Part shown: piece by piece, positions 47,360-56,432 of the stretch
How positions within the stretch are numbered: the stretch's first letter is position 1
How the letters are laid out: every line of letters begins with the position of its first letter
Virus record (IMG/VR): IMGVR_UViG_3300009370_001552
Coordinates: 13,341-77,340 of that record
Length of the DNA stretch: 64,000 nucleotides
Strand: one strand, 5' to 3'
DNA from: a virus
Lineage: Duplodnaviria > Caudoviricetes
Made by a program: the position numbers and the translations under genes
The notes under the pieces: model-generated
What the model saw: the letters and a program-made list of their open reading frames with translations, nothing else
Told to the model about the DNA's origin: nothing
The model's database searches: none

Positions 47360-48075
47360 ACAAATTTCCTTATTGAACTTGTTTTATTTATTCTATTCTG
47401 TGCAGTCTCAAAATGTTTCGGGTTTATTTCCATACCAATAAAATCTAACCCTTCTTTTTTACAAACTACTCCAGTTGTTCCACTGCCCATAAAATTATCT
47501 AATACTATATCACCTTCTTTTGATGCTACTGCTAATATTCTCTCCACCAACCCTTCTGTCATTTGTGTTGGATGTACTCTTTCTTTTTTTGGAATAGCGT
47601 GTGGAATATGCCATACTGAACTTAACGGATCGTGTATTCCACAATCTTCATTTAAATATATATCTGGTCCTTTTGACAAATGATAAACTATTTCGTAATC
47701 TAAATGAAATCGTTTTTTGGTAGAATCGAAAGAACCTGAATACTTCCAAATAATAAATGACTTAAAATCTAATAACTGAAATCCACTTGTAAACTCTAAC
47801 CAATGTGCAGTTTTTAATAATTTATTATGTGTCTTACTTTTAACATTAAAGAATAGTTGTCCCCCATCTTTTAATACTCTTGCATATTCCTTAAATACTC
47901 CATCCATAAAGTCTGAATATAACTTTAAAAATAATACATCTTTAGTTTGTGCTGCATACCCCGCTCCACTTACATCTTCATATGGAGGTGAAGTAATAAT
48001 TAAATCAATACTATTATTATCCAATTTTTTTAATTCTTCTAAACAATCACCGAGTATAAGTTTACTGGTCTCCAT
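47356..48075 (-). CDS. DNA methyltransferase (beta class, SPPY)
   Basis: ITSPPY, HPTQM, LDNFMGSGTT. Confidence 0.9.
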   Translation of the reverse strand: METSKLILGDCLEELKKLDNNSIDLIITSPPYEDVSGAGYAAQTKDVLFLKLYSDFMDGVFKEYARVLKDGGQLFFNVKSKTHNKLLKTAHWLEFTSGFQLLDFKSFIIWKYSGSFDSTKKRFHLDYEIVYHLSKGPDIYLNEDCGIHDPLSSVWHIPHAIPKKERVHPTQMTEGLVERILAVASKEGDIVLDNFMGSGTTGVVCKKEGLDFIGMEINPKHFETAQNRINKTSSIRKFV

Positions 48076-48244
48076 ATAACCGTCTCCGTTTATTTTCTCT
48101 TTGTTTTTGTCGTTTTTTCTTTAAGTAGCGTTCTTTTGCCTGTCGCAATATCTTCTCTTTATTGCGTTGGTAGTGTTCCATCTGCCACTTCTTTTGAGCA
48201 TCTTTCAACTCATCTTTTGTTTTATATATTTTTTTTCTGCCCAT
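48062..48244 (-). CDS. Small basic helical protein
   Basis: MGRKKIYKTKDELKDAQ...YQRNKEKIL. Confidence 0.6.
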   Translation of the reverse strand: MGRKKIYKTKDELKDAQKKWQMEHYQRNKEKILRQAKERYLKKKRQKQRENKRRRLYGDQ

Positions 48245-49292
48245 TATTCAATTTTGCAAATCTGTTTAATTTAGACCAAGTTTGCATTAACCAACTTTCA
48301 AGGTTCGGAAGTGCACCAAACATTCTATCAGAAATAAACATACTCTGAAACTTTGGTCGTATCATTTCTGGCATTTTACCATTCACTATTTTGTTTATTT
48401 TTAGTTTTGCCTGTCCACTAATATCCACTTCATCTAACTGCATCAATTTATAATTTAATCTTAATTTAGCTTCACTATCTGAAACATTATCGTATATCTT
48501 TAATCCTTTATTTTCACTTGCAGTTTTCAGTAAATCATCAATACTTACATCTACATTTTCATCTAATAATTGTGGAAATCTCTTTATTGCTGTTTTTAAC
48601 CCAACTCCCATTACTCCTGGTATATTATCCGATTTATCCCCTTCTAATAATCTGTAAGTGAGGAAGTTATTTGCACTAATCTCATATTCTTCTTTTAGAT
48701 TATCAGGTTTATAGAGTTTCTTTTTAGTTGGACTCCACACCGATATTTTATCATTCACAAGTTGCAAGAAATCTTTGTCTGTGCTCATAATGATAGAATT
48801 ACTTTCAGGAAGGAGTTGTTTTATGGTATAAGCAATAACATCATCTGCCTCCACATTATCTATAGATAAAATAGAAACTGGAAGTGTTTCTAAATACTCT
48901 ACACAACGGGATAATTGCATGAGCATAGAATGTCGTTCATCGTCTATATTCTCAAAATCATTTACCCGGTTGAGCCTGATTTTAGTTGTTCGTTTTGCCT
49001 TATATTCTGGATAAAGTTTACGGCGACGATTTGAACCACCTTTTCCATCAAATACTATAATGGTTCTGGTAGGTCCTAACATTTTAACAGCATAACCAAG
49101 TGATTTTAAGAATCCAGAAATTCCTCCGATATGGATACCATCGTCATTTGTAGTCGGGATAACTGAAAAAACCCTAATAAATAAATTAAGTCCGTCAACT
49201 ACCAGCACCTTTTCATTTGGATCACTACTTTCTACTTCACCACCATGCTTCTTTATCTCATCTAATATAGATAAATATCTACCATTACTCAT
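48222..49292 (-). CDS. 5'-3' exonuclease / RNase H (FEN/T4 Rnh-like)
   Basis: VDGLN, VFDG, YKAKR, EADD, STDKDFLQL, GDKSDNIPGV.GVG.KT. Confidence 0.93.
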   Translation of the reverse strand: MSNGRYLSILDEIKKHGGEVESSDPNEKVLVVDGLNLFIRVFSVIPTTNDDGIHIGGISGFLKSLGYAVKMLGPTRTIIVFDGKGGSNRRRKLYPEYKAKRTTKIRLNRVNDFENIDDERHSMLMQLSRCVEYLETLPVSILSIDNVEADDVIAYTIKQLLPESNSIIMSTDKDFLQLVNDKISVWSPTKKKLYKPDNLKEEYEISANNFLTYRLLEGDKSDNIPGVMGVGLKTAIKRFPQLLDENVDVSIDDLLKTASENKGLKIYDNVSDSEAKLRLNYKLMQLDEVDISGQAKLKINKIVNGKMPEMIRPKFQSMFISDRMFGALPNLESWLMQTWSKLNRFAKLNNGQKKNI

Positions 49293-49325
49293 TTATTTTC
49301 TCATCTATAGTTAAAACAGGAAAGT

Positions 49326-49456
49326 GGGTATATATCTATTTATATTTTGAACTCGTCGTATAATTCATCATCACATAACCAAAATAGTCATACACCCATT
49401 TTTCTCCTGCTACCCCAAGTAGATTTTATGACTTAATAGTCTCTACTTGAACAGGT
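49326..49456 (-). other. Intergenic multi-stem RNA structure candidate
   Basis: CAAGUAGA/UCUACUUG and GGGUGUAU/AUAUACCC stems with internal hairpins. Confidence 0.4.
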
Positions 49457-49459
49457 AAA

Positions 49460-50569
49460 TTATTCTACACCATCCAATTCTTCAGTATATTCCACATCAT
49501 CTATACCAAGTTCTGTAGTTTGGTATTTTAATATAGATACATCACATATTTGATTGTATAAATACTTTTCGAGTCCATCAATTTCATCTAATTTTGTTTC
49601 AAAATCCTTAGATTGAAATTTAATTTTTTCACCATTATATTCTATTGTATACCAAGCACCACCCTGTTTAACAAGTTTGTGATCCTTGAGAACTTGAAGC
49701 CAACTACCTTTATCATCTATTCCAGAATCAAAATATAAGTTAAAGTCAGCGTGACGAAGTGGAGGTCCTAAACGATTTTTTATTATCTGTGCCCTACATT
49801 TCATGCCTATTACATCATTCTTTGTTCCAACTTTAATTTGTCCCATATTCTTTAACCGAATACGAGTTGAAGAATGAAACGGAAGCGCTTTGCCACCTGA
49901 AGTGGTCCACGGATCACCAAACATCACACCAAGTTTTTGTCTCAGCTGATTTGTGAATACGAGAGCAATTCGTTCTCGTCCTATCATTTGAGTAATCTTT
50001 CTCATTGCCTTTGAAACAATGATTGCCTTACTTGTTGCCCAGCCGTCTTTTTCAAAATCAGCTTCCATTTCTACTTTTGTGGATGCTCCCGCTAAACTAT
50101 CTACGAGAATAGTAACCAACCTATCTCTATCTGATTCCCGTATTTTAGCTATAATATTATCAATACACTCAAATATATCTTCTACCGTTTCTACATGAAG
50201 ATATAATAAGTCCTGAACATTTACACCAATAGTTTCTAACCATTCTCTACTAACTGAAGTTTCTGTATCTATGTAAACTGCAATTCCACCCTTTTTCTGG
50301 GTTTCTGAAAGAATGTGAGTTCCTATAAGTGATTTACCACTACTTTCTAATCCGTTAATTTCTGTAATTCTACCTACAGCAATTCCGCCGTTTGGACGGT
50401 TTGAGATTGCTAAATCCAAGATAGAGGATCCAGTAGAAACGAACTCTTTAATATCCGTTGGAGTTGCGTTTGATCCATCGAGAAAATACGCAACTTTTGT
50501 ATCTTTGAACTGTTTGTTTAGACTATCAGCAAGAACTTGTGCTAATTCGTCTTTAACTGCTACAGACAT
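49460..50569 (-). CDS. recA: RecA/UvsX-like recombinase
   Basis: GRITEINGLESSGKS, IDTE, LVDS, FTNQLR, GGKALPF. Confidence 0.93.
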   Translation of the reverse strand: MSVAVKDELAQVLADSLNKQFKDTKVAYFLDGSNATPTDIKEFVSTGSSILDLAISNRPNGGIAVGRITEINGLESSGKSLIGTHILSETQKKGGIAVYIDTETSVSREWLETIGVNVQDLLYLHVETVEDIFECIDNIIAKIRESDRDRLVTILVDSLAGASTKVEMEADFEKDGWATSKAIIVSKAMRKITQMIGRERIALVFTNQLRQKLGVMFGDPWTTSGGKALPFHSSTRIRLKNMGQIKVGTKNDVIGMKCRAQIIKNRLGPPLRHADFNLYFDSGIDDKGSWLQVLKDHKLVKQGGAWYTIEYNGEKIKFQSKDFETKLDEIDGLEKYLYNQICDVSILKYQTTELGIDDVEYTEELDGVE

Positions 50570-50588
50570 ATAATTCTCCTAAAATTAT

Positions 50589-50667
50589 ATGGTGGTTGTA
50601 TCCGGCTTTATAAACGTTACGTCGCACACAATCGGTTTTATTAGTTGTTGGCTTCAACAACCACCAC
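50589..50667 (-). other. Structured RNA candidate in recA leader
   Basis: 11-bp GUGGUGGUUGU/ACAACCACCAU stem competing with a GUUGUUG-AAGC-CAACAAC hairpin. Confidence 0.5.
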
Positions 50668-50675
50668 AAGTTTAC

Positions 50676-51443
50676 CTACTTATTGAATAAATCGTCAAAT
50701 GCGTCACTCACATCAGAAGTGCTACTAACTGCACTTTCAATTGTAGAAGATACCGGCTGTGAAGTTTCTCCTGATCCTTCTTCATCATCTTCATCTTTTG
50801 GATTTAACCAATCTTGTAATGCCTCTGTAAGTTCGTCATAACTTAATTCGTTATATACTTCACGAATATCTTTTTGATCTTCAAGTAAATTAGTTAAAAC
50901 TGCCTTATCTTCTGTGATTGCTGTTTGATTTGGTTTTACTCGAATGGATGTTTTTGGAAACGAAGCTCCAGTTTCTTCAGCTGTCTTGAACTCTACTACA
51001 ACATCACGACCATTTACAGGATCACTAATATCACCGTAATCTGGGTCTGCTATAATTGAAAGAAGTTCTTGATATACTGTTTTACCAAAACCCCAGAACT
51101 TTGAACCTTGTCCCTCTTCACCACGAACTACTACTGGAGCGAAAGTTCTTAACTTTGCTTCCAATTTCTTACCAAGTTTCCAATCTTCACGATTTCCACT
51201 TGATTTTAGTTTATCTGCAAATTCTTCAATCGGGTCTGGACGACCAAATGATGTTGGAGACAAAAATGATTTGCCACCTAAATCATAGTGAAAGAATAAT
51301 TCAATAAATGGTGTTTCTGAATTTAGTTTATATGGAAGAATTCTAATTTGAGTTTTTCCTGGTTGAGGTTTCCACAAGTTTGTAGTCCTTGTGTTTGAGG
51401 TTTGTAACTGATTTAATCGTTTACGTATTGCATCAATATCCAT
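50676..51443 (-). CDS. Single-stranded DNA-binding protein (gp32-like)
   Basis: WKP..G...IRILP, FFHY, WGFGKTVY, DP..GRD; acidic tail ending DDLFN. Confidence 0.88.
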   Translation of the reverse strand: MDIDAIRKRLNQLQTSNTRTTNLWKPQPGKTQIRILPYKLNSETPFIELFFHYDLGGKSFLSPTSFGRPDPIEEFADKLKSSGNREDWKLGKKLEAKLRTFAPVVVRGEEGQGSKFWGFGKTVYQELLSIIADPDYGDISDPVNGRDVVVEFKTAEETGASFPKTSIRVKPNQTAITEDKAVLTNLLEDQKDIREVYNELSYDELTEALQDWLNPKDEDDEEGSGETSQPVSSTIESAVSSTSDVSDAFDDLFNK

Positions 51444-51480
51444 TTGTTTTCTCCTATTATATTATTTGTTATTTGTTATT

Positions 51481-51507
51481 TAGTAATGGTCGTAACCATT
51501 CATACTA
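51481..51507 (-). promoter_or_regulatory. UACG-loop hairpin in ssb leader followed by AAAUAAC repeats
   Basis: AAUGGU-UACG-ACCAUU plus outer UAGU/ACUA pairs. Confidence 0.45.
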
Positions 51508-51517
51508 ATATATATCA
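51508..51517 (-). promoter_or_regulatory. Putative phage promoter motif TGATATATAT
   Basis: Upstream of ssb. Confidence 0.45.
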
Positions 51518-51552
51518 AGTTTTTTTATAAAAACTCAATATATTTTTGTTAT

Positions 51553-51765
51553 TTACTCTGTTGTTGTAACATTTTTTGCTACTTCACCCTTTTGTCCTTC
51601 ACCGACTTCAAACGATACTTTTTGACCTTCTTCTAAGGTTCTAAAACCATCAGTTTTAATTTCGGAAAAATGGACAAAATAATCTTTGGTGTCGGTTGTT
51701 GCCGTATCGGATATAAAACCATATCCTTTTTTAGGATCAAACCACTTGACTGTTCCTGTATTCAT
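51553..51765 (-). CDS. cspA: Cold-shock domain protein
   Basis: GTVKWF, KGYGFI (RNP1), YFVHFSEI (RNP2). Confidence 0.93.
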   Translation of the reverse strand: MNTGTVKWFDPKKGYGFISDTATTDTKDYFVHFSEIKTDGFRTLEEGQKVSFEVGEGQKGEVAKNVTTTE

Positions 51766-51799
51766 TTTGTGTTTCCTATTGTTTATTATTAAAAAAATT

Positions 51800-51931
51800 C
51801 TATTTAAGTTCTATAAATTCGCATCCAAGAAAATCTATAATTTCTTCTTTCCGTCTTTCATCTCGTTCTTTTTGATTTTTATGGGATTTTTCATAGTATT
51901 CTATTACTACATTTTTATCTTCATCATACCC
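51800..51931 (-). pseudogene. C-terminal relic of Vsr-like endonuclease
   Basis: [43 protein letters not shown], matching the C-terminus of 36963-37796. Confidence 0.8.
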
Positions 51932-51934
51932 ATT

Positions 51935-51944
51935 ATATATATCA
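51935..51944 (-). promoter_or_regulatory. Putative phage promoter motif TGATATATAT
   Basis: Directly abuts the relic, upstream of csp. Confidence 0.4.
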
Positions 51945-51972
51945 AGTAAATTCGCCAAAATCGATTTTATTT

Positions 51973-52809
51973 TTATTTTTTATTATGAATTAAATCCAAT
52001 GCTAACGAATGTGAAAATCTACCTGCTTTTGGACCACCATTCACTTTACCATCACTTTCACCTGGAACTTTTACCCACAAGAATGCATCCACCAATTCAT
52101 TTCCAGTATTCGTAGTTGGAAATTCACCTATTGACCGTCCATATGGATTGAAGTGATCCCGTGTTGCACCGTTTCCATTACGTGATGTATCTATAATGAA
52201 ATGTTTATTCTTTAATCCTTTACTTATAGACTTTCCATATTTAAGACAGGTTGAAGTTGCGTAATAATTACTGACGTTTATACTGAATCCTCTTATCTTA
52301 TTTATATCACACATTCTTAAATATGAACTTGCCTTTGAAACTGATAGCCAACCTGGATTTCCTATGTCTAAATATACTATTGCGTTTGTCTTACTCAATA
52401 ACTCTACTGACTTTTTAACTAATTTTAATCTCTGTAATCCATCGTGTAATCCTAAATCTTCCATGTGTGGAATACAATCAGGTTCATATATTACTATTGG
52501 TTCGTTATCACCAAGTGCGTCACAGAACTCACGTATGAACTTTAAGTATTCTTTATCACTTTCTGCACCACCTTTTGAATGGTGTCCTAAATCTCTATTT
52601 GGTATTGAGTATATTACTAATACTGGTAAGTATGGATTTACCCTCTCCAACAACCGTATGATTGAACTTTTCGTTTTTCGTATGGTTCTTTTTGGACCCA
52701 CCCCGAACCAAAAGGCTGTCGGTTCTCGTGTTATTTCTTTTATCTGTGGGTGTTCTTTACAAACTTCTTTTCGATTATTCCAATCTGGATAATAAAACCT
52801 ATAATTCAT
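51973..52809 (-). CDS. Glycoside hydrolase family 6 (cellulase-like)
   Basis: IYSIPNRD, IYEPD, YLDIG, GFSINVSNY, IIDTSRNG, DAFLWVKVPGESDG. Confidence 0.88.
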   Translation of the reverse strand: MNYRFYYPDWNNRKEVCKEHPQIKEITREPTAFWFGVGPKRTIRKTKSSIIRLLERVNPYLPVLVIYSIPNRDLGHHSKGGAESDKEYLKFIREFCDALGDNEPIVIYEPDCIPHMEDLGLHDGLQRLKLVKKSVELLSKTNAIVYLDIGNPGWLSVSKASSYLRMCDINKIRGFSINVSNYYATSTCLKYGKSISKGLKNKHFIIDTSRNGNGATRDHFNPYGRSIGEFPTTNTGNELVDAFLWVKVPGESDGKVNGGPKAGRFSHSLALDLIHNKK

Positions 52810-52812
52810 TTT

Positions 52813-53232
52813 TTAATTTTTAAGATCATTCTCCCAAGTATCGACATTTACGATAGTATAAATTCTTGTATGAATTTTATTTAATCCTTCATCATTTACT
52901 AATAATAACTGATTTTGGTATTCTTCCCAAGGAACAGGAAATGTTTTGTCTAAAATACCATTATTCTTTTCTCTTATAATCTCATTTAATGAATTAATAG
53001 TATAAAGTGTATTGGTTTGTTTCTTTCGGTGTAATGCTATCGTGTCGATACCTTCTATAAAATTGTCTTGGTTTTGTGGTATGTTATAAGTACAAATCAA
53101 CTGATGATGATCATCCTCGTTTGCAAATACATAAATTTTATTGAAAACTATATCATGGCATTCTATGATTAGACTTAATGTATAGTCTAATGTATCTCGT
53201 TTAGTGAAAGTGCAGAGTAGTTGGGTCCGCAT
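52813..53232 (-). CDS. Hypothetical phage protein
   Basis: 139-aa ORF in operon context. Confidence 0.6.
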   Translation of the reverse strand: MRTQLLCTFTKRDTLDYTLSLIIECHDIVFNKIYVFANEDDHHQLICTYNIPQNQDNFIEGIDTIALHRKKQTNTLYTINSLNEIIREKNNGILDKTFPVPWEEYQNQLLLVNDEGLNKIHTRIYTIVNVDTWENDLKN

Positions 53233-53235
53233 TAT

Positions 53236-54918
53236 TTATTTTTCCAATCCATATACTAGTTCATGTGCTATTCTCAATTGCTTTGCAAATTCTTTATTCA
53301 TTTGCATTTCAAATTTTATTGAGCTACCACCATATCCAACACCATCTTGTCGAATTTTAATGGTAGCAATATTAAACATTCTATCGTCTATTTCTGATTT
53401 ATATGCTAAACTTGGAGGATCAGTTTCTTCATTTACTATTAAATGTTCTTTTATTTCTTCAAAGTTCGACGTACCAAAAAGTTTTTTCATTGTATTTTTA
53501 TCTAAACTCAAATCTCCTATAGCCATTGATTCTTCACCTTCACCTACCGCTTTTAACGGAAATTCTTGTCTAATACTTTTTAACATTCCTGATTTTAATT
53601 TTGAATTTTTAACTATAGCTCGTGTTGAATTTGCAGTATATTCACGTATTTGATCAATATGTGTTTTAATCCACAATTCTTCTTTAGTAGGTGGATCACT
53701 TAAAGTCACCTTACCTGTACTTAAATTATAAACAGTTGGTGATTTATCTAACATGGCATTCCAAACAACTTTTGATGATTTTCTACTCGTAGGTTCTGGT
53801 AAATCTAACCCAAATTCTTTAATTGCATTAATAAGATGCTGTCGTTCTTTTTTAGAATGAGTTCGAGGATCTATATCACCATCAACTGTAGAAGGATCCC
53901 AGTCTCTAAATCGTCCAGTTTGTGAATTTAAAAAATTAATATGTTCATCTTTTTTTAATGATACTTCATCCATTATTTCATCACCATCAGATGTTTTTAT
54001 TTTTACATATATATCGGTTGAAAATCCCTTTTGTTCTGAATAATTGTCCCATCCCATAGCAGAAACATCTTGTTCCGTATCCCATCCAGTATTGATTATT
54101 TCAGCACCTTCTCCGTATTGTTTTTCGACTCTATTGCGAATTGCTTTCCTACTTTTACCGGCAGCTATAATCCAACTTTTATTAATAATTCGCTTACCTG
54201 GTGACTTTAACTCTAAATTATTTTTTATTATATCAGCTTCGTGGTCCATTAACGAAATCTGTAATTCATTCCATTCATCATCAGTCATTGACGTTGACAT
54301 TAACGTCAACACTTCACCAGCCTGAGCTGATATTGCTCCAGCACCCCCATCAGATATAAATGTTGATATTTCAGGTTTAGTTCCCTGTCGTTTACTATTC
54401 ATCATCCGCTCAATAAGTTTTAAATATTTTTTAGGAAACTTCCCTGTATTTAATATGTCGGGCATTTTATATTCTGGTGGTGGTTCTTTTATTTTTAATG
54501 GATTATTAAATTCGGCATCTGTCGGTTTTATTTCTTCAGTATAGACTTTTGAATTTGTTGTATCTGTCATTTTTAGTGTTTTATCTTTCGGGCCGGTATA
54601 GCCATTTAATTGTGCTTTTGGTTTTTCTTTAGTTTCTCCATCACCACCATCTAAATCATCTTCTGTAGCATTCTTCTTTATAACTTTGTGCTTTTCCTTA
54701 TTAACATTTTTAACAAGATATTTATTTCCGGTTTCAATGTTTTTTACTAATGTTTTTTCTCTTAAAACTCCAATAAACTCATTCGTGGTATTCTCATCCC
54801 AACCGAACTTAATTAATGATTCTCGTAATAAAGCAAGATGACGTGGATTGGTCATGTCTGGTGCACCACCTTTACACTTACATGCAAAATCGTCTAATAT
54901 TTTATCCCAATCGTTCAT
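53236..54918 (-). CDS. Hypothetical protein, possible restriction-endonuclease-like fold
   Basis: AGE...STDIYVK...EVSLKK pattern. Confidence 0.45.
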   Translation of the reverse strand: MNDWDKILDDFACKCKGGAPDMTNPRHLALLRESLIKFGWDENTTNEFIGVLREKTLVKNIETGNKYLVKNVNKEKHKVIKKNATEDDLDGGDGETKEKPKAQLNGYTGPKDKTLKMTDTTNSKVYTEEIKPTDAEFNNPLKIKEPPPEYKMPDILNTGKFPKKYLKLIERMMNSKRQGTKPEISTFISDGGAGAISAQAGEVLTLMSTSMTDDEWNELQISLMDHEADIIKNNLELKSPGKRIINKSWIIAAGKSRKAIRNRVEKQYGEGAEIINTGWDTEQDVSAMGWDNYSEQKGFSTDIYVKIKTSDGDEIMDEVSLKKDEHINFLNSQTGRFRDWDPSTVDGDIDPRTHSKKERQHLINAIKEFGLDLPEPTSRKSSKVVWNAMLDKSPTVYNLSTGKVTLSDPPTKEELWIKTHIDQIREYTANSTRAIVKNSKLKSGMLKSIRQEFPLKAVGEGEESMAIGDLSLDKNTMKKLFGTSNFEEIKEHLIVNEETDPPSLAYKSEIDDRMFNIATIKIRQDGVGYGGSSIKFEMQMNKEFAKQLRIAHELVYGLEK

Positions 54919-56258
54919 TTTATTTTTATACTTCCAATAGGTTTGGCATCTATCGCTACCATAATATCATATATATTCGCACCTTTAAGTACATTTAATT
55001 TATTGATTATCTTTTTTACCACGCTCATAACATACTCTTTTATTGAATTAAATACATTTTTTATCTTTTCATAAAATCCTTTAATCATTTGTTTAAATTC
55101 AAATTCTAAAAGAAGATTTCCATCTTTTCCATAATACAATTCAGTAATATTGGAAAGTTTTTTAAGTTCTGCCTCTAATTTTTTAATTCGTACATCTATT
55201 TTCATACCAAGAACCATTCCATTTATATCATTAAGTACATCAGTAATATCAACTTTTTCACCCCCTACAATTTGTTTTATATATGGTCTTAGGGCTGCTG
55301 TTTTACCAGTTCTCATTCTTCCTTGTGGTAGACCACCAATTCTAAGACTGGATACCGAAGCACATGCTTTTACATAAGATTGAGAAGGACTTGAAATGTT
55401 ATATAAACCTTTTGGAGATAATACCCAAGGGGCATATGGAATTTGAAAATTATACTTTAAAGATGAAGATAGTGCCTCCCAAGTAACATACTGTTTTAAT
55501 TCCAAATTATTATTTAATGAATCGTTTATATTCTTTTGTATTCCTTTTTGAATCTTATCTATTATTACTTTATATTTATCTTCATGTTTTTTTTGGTCGT
55601 TCTTTATTTCCGTTACTAACTTATCATAAAATGCTTTTGCTTTTTTAACATCCCCTGGTTTCACTTTCCATTTATTAAGAAAGTCTTGAGATTTAACGTG
55701 CCTTTTCTCAATTTCACCAATATAATTTTTAGCGGCCAATTTAATTTTATTTTCCAATTCCTTTATTACATTATCCATATTTGTACTTATTTTTCCCCTA
55801 TCCTTCTGATAATAATCAAAAGCTGAAATAAAAATTCCACTAAATTCTTTTTTATCTTGTGCCGATGCTATTACAAAATCTGTATCTAACTTAACAGATA
55901 TTGGAAATTTATTATTATTTAAAACAATATCTGATTTAGCGGATTTTTTACCATAAGTCGGACTTCCTTTTGATGCGGTATTAGAATTTTTTCCTTCCGT
56001 CCATTTTCTTCCCCATTTAGAATTTAATTTTTCTACTGATAATATTATTTTATTTTTCTTTCCACTTGTAAAAGAATCACTATTATTATCATAAATAACA
56101 GTAAGATTTTTTTCCTTTTTATTTTTAGTAGAAAGTATTGCTAAAGTTATTATATCATCTTCAAACTTTTTTGCAGCACCACCAGTGTGTCCTTTGGCCT
56201 CATCTAACAAATCCATTAATTTAATCATCAAGTTTCTCTGTGATATCTTCCATTTCAT
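54915..56258 (-). CDS. Hypothetical protein, possible restriction-endonuclease-like fold
   Basis: KFE...KSDIV...ISVK pattern; start may be MIKL at 56228. Confidence 0.45.
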   Translation of the reverse strand: MKWKISQRNLMIKLMDLLDEAKGHTGGAAKKFEDDIITLAILSTKNKKEKNLTVIYDNNSDSFTSGKKNKIILSVEKLNSKWGRKWTEGKNSNTASKGSPTYGKKSAKSDIVLNNNKFPISVKLDTDFVIASAQDKKEFSGIFISAFDYYQKDRGKISTNMDNVIKELENKIKLAAKNYIGEIEKRHVKSQDFLNKWKVKPGDVKKAKAFYDKLVTEIKNDQKKHEDKYKVIIDKIQKGIQKNINDSLNNNLELKQYVTWEALSSSLKYNFQIPYAPWVLSPKGLYNISSPSQSYVKACASVSSLRIGGLPQGRMRTGKTAALRPYIKQIVGGEKVDITDVLNDINGMVLGMKIDVRIKKLEAELKKLSNITELYYGKDGNLLLEFEFKQMIKGFYEKIKNVFNSIKEYVMSVVKKIINKLNVLKGANIYDIMVAIDAKPIGSIKIK

Positions 56259-56280
56259 TATAGTTTAATCCCTTATACCT

Positions 56281-56288
56281 ATAAATAT
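56281..56288 (-). promoter_or_regulatory. Putative phage promoter motif ATATTTAT
   Basis: TGATATTTAT upstream of 56258. Confidence 0.45.
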
Positions 56289-56432
56289 CATTTATACTAT
56301 TTTTCATTATAATATGGTCTAACAACATTTGTAATTAACCAACCTTTATTCTTACGGTTTAATATTAAATTATGAGGACTAATTTTAAGTGATCCACGTA
56401 AATTATTATCAATATTATATTCATTGAAAAAA

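Noticed and set aside
56297-56432. Short TTG-started ORF (IFFNEYNIDNNLRGSLKISPH...) after polA-like gene, possibly reached by slippage at the A run
   Set aside because: No RBS and no recognisable motif; cannot be supported.
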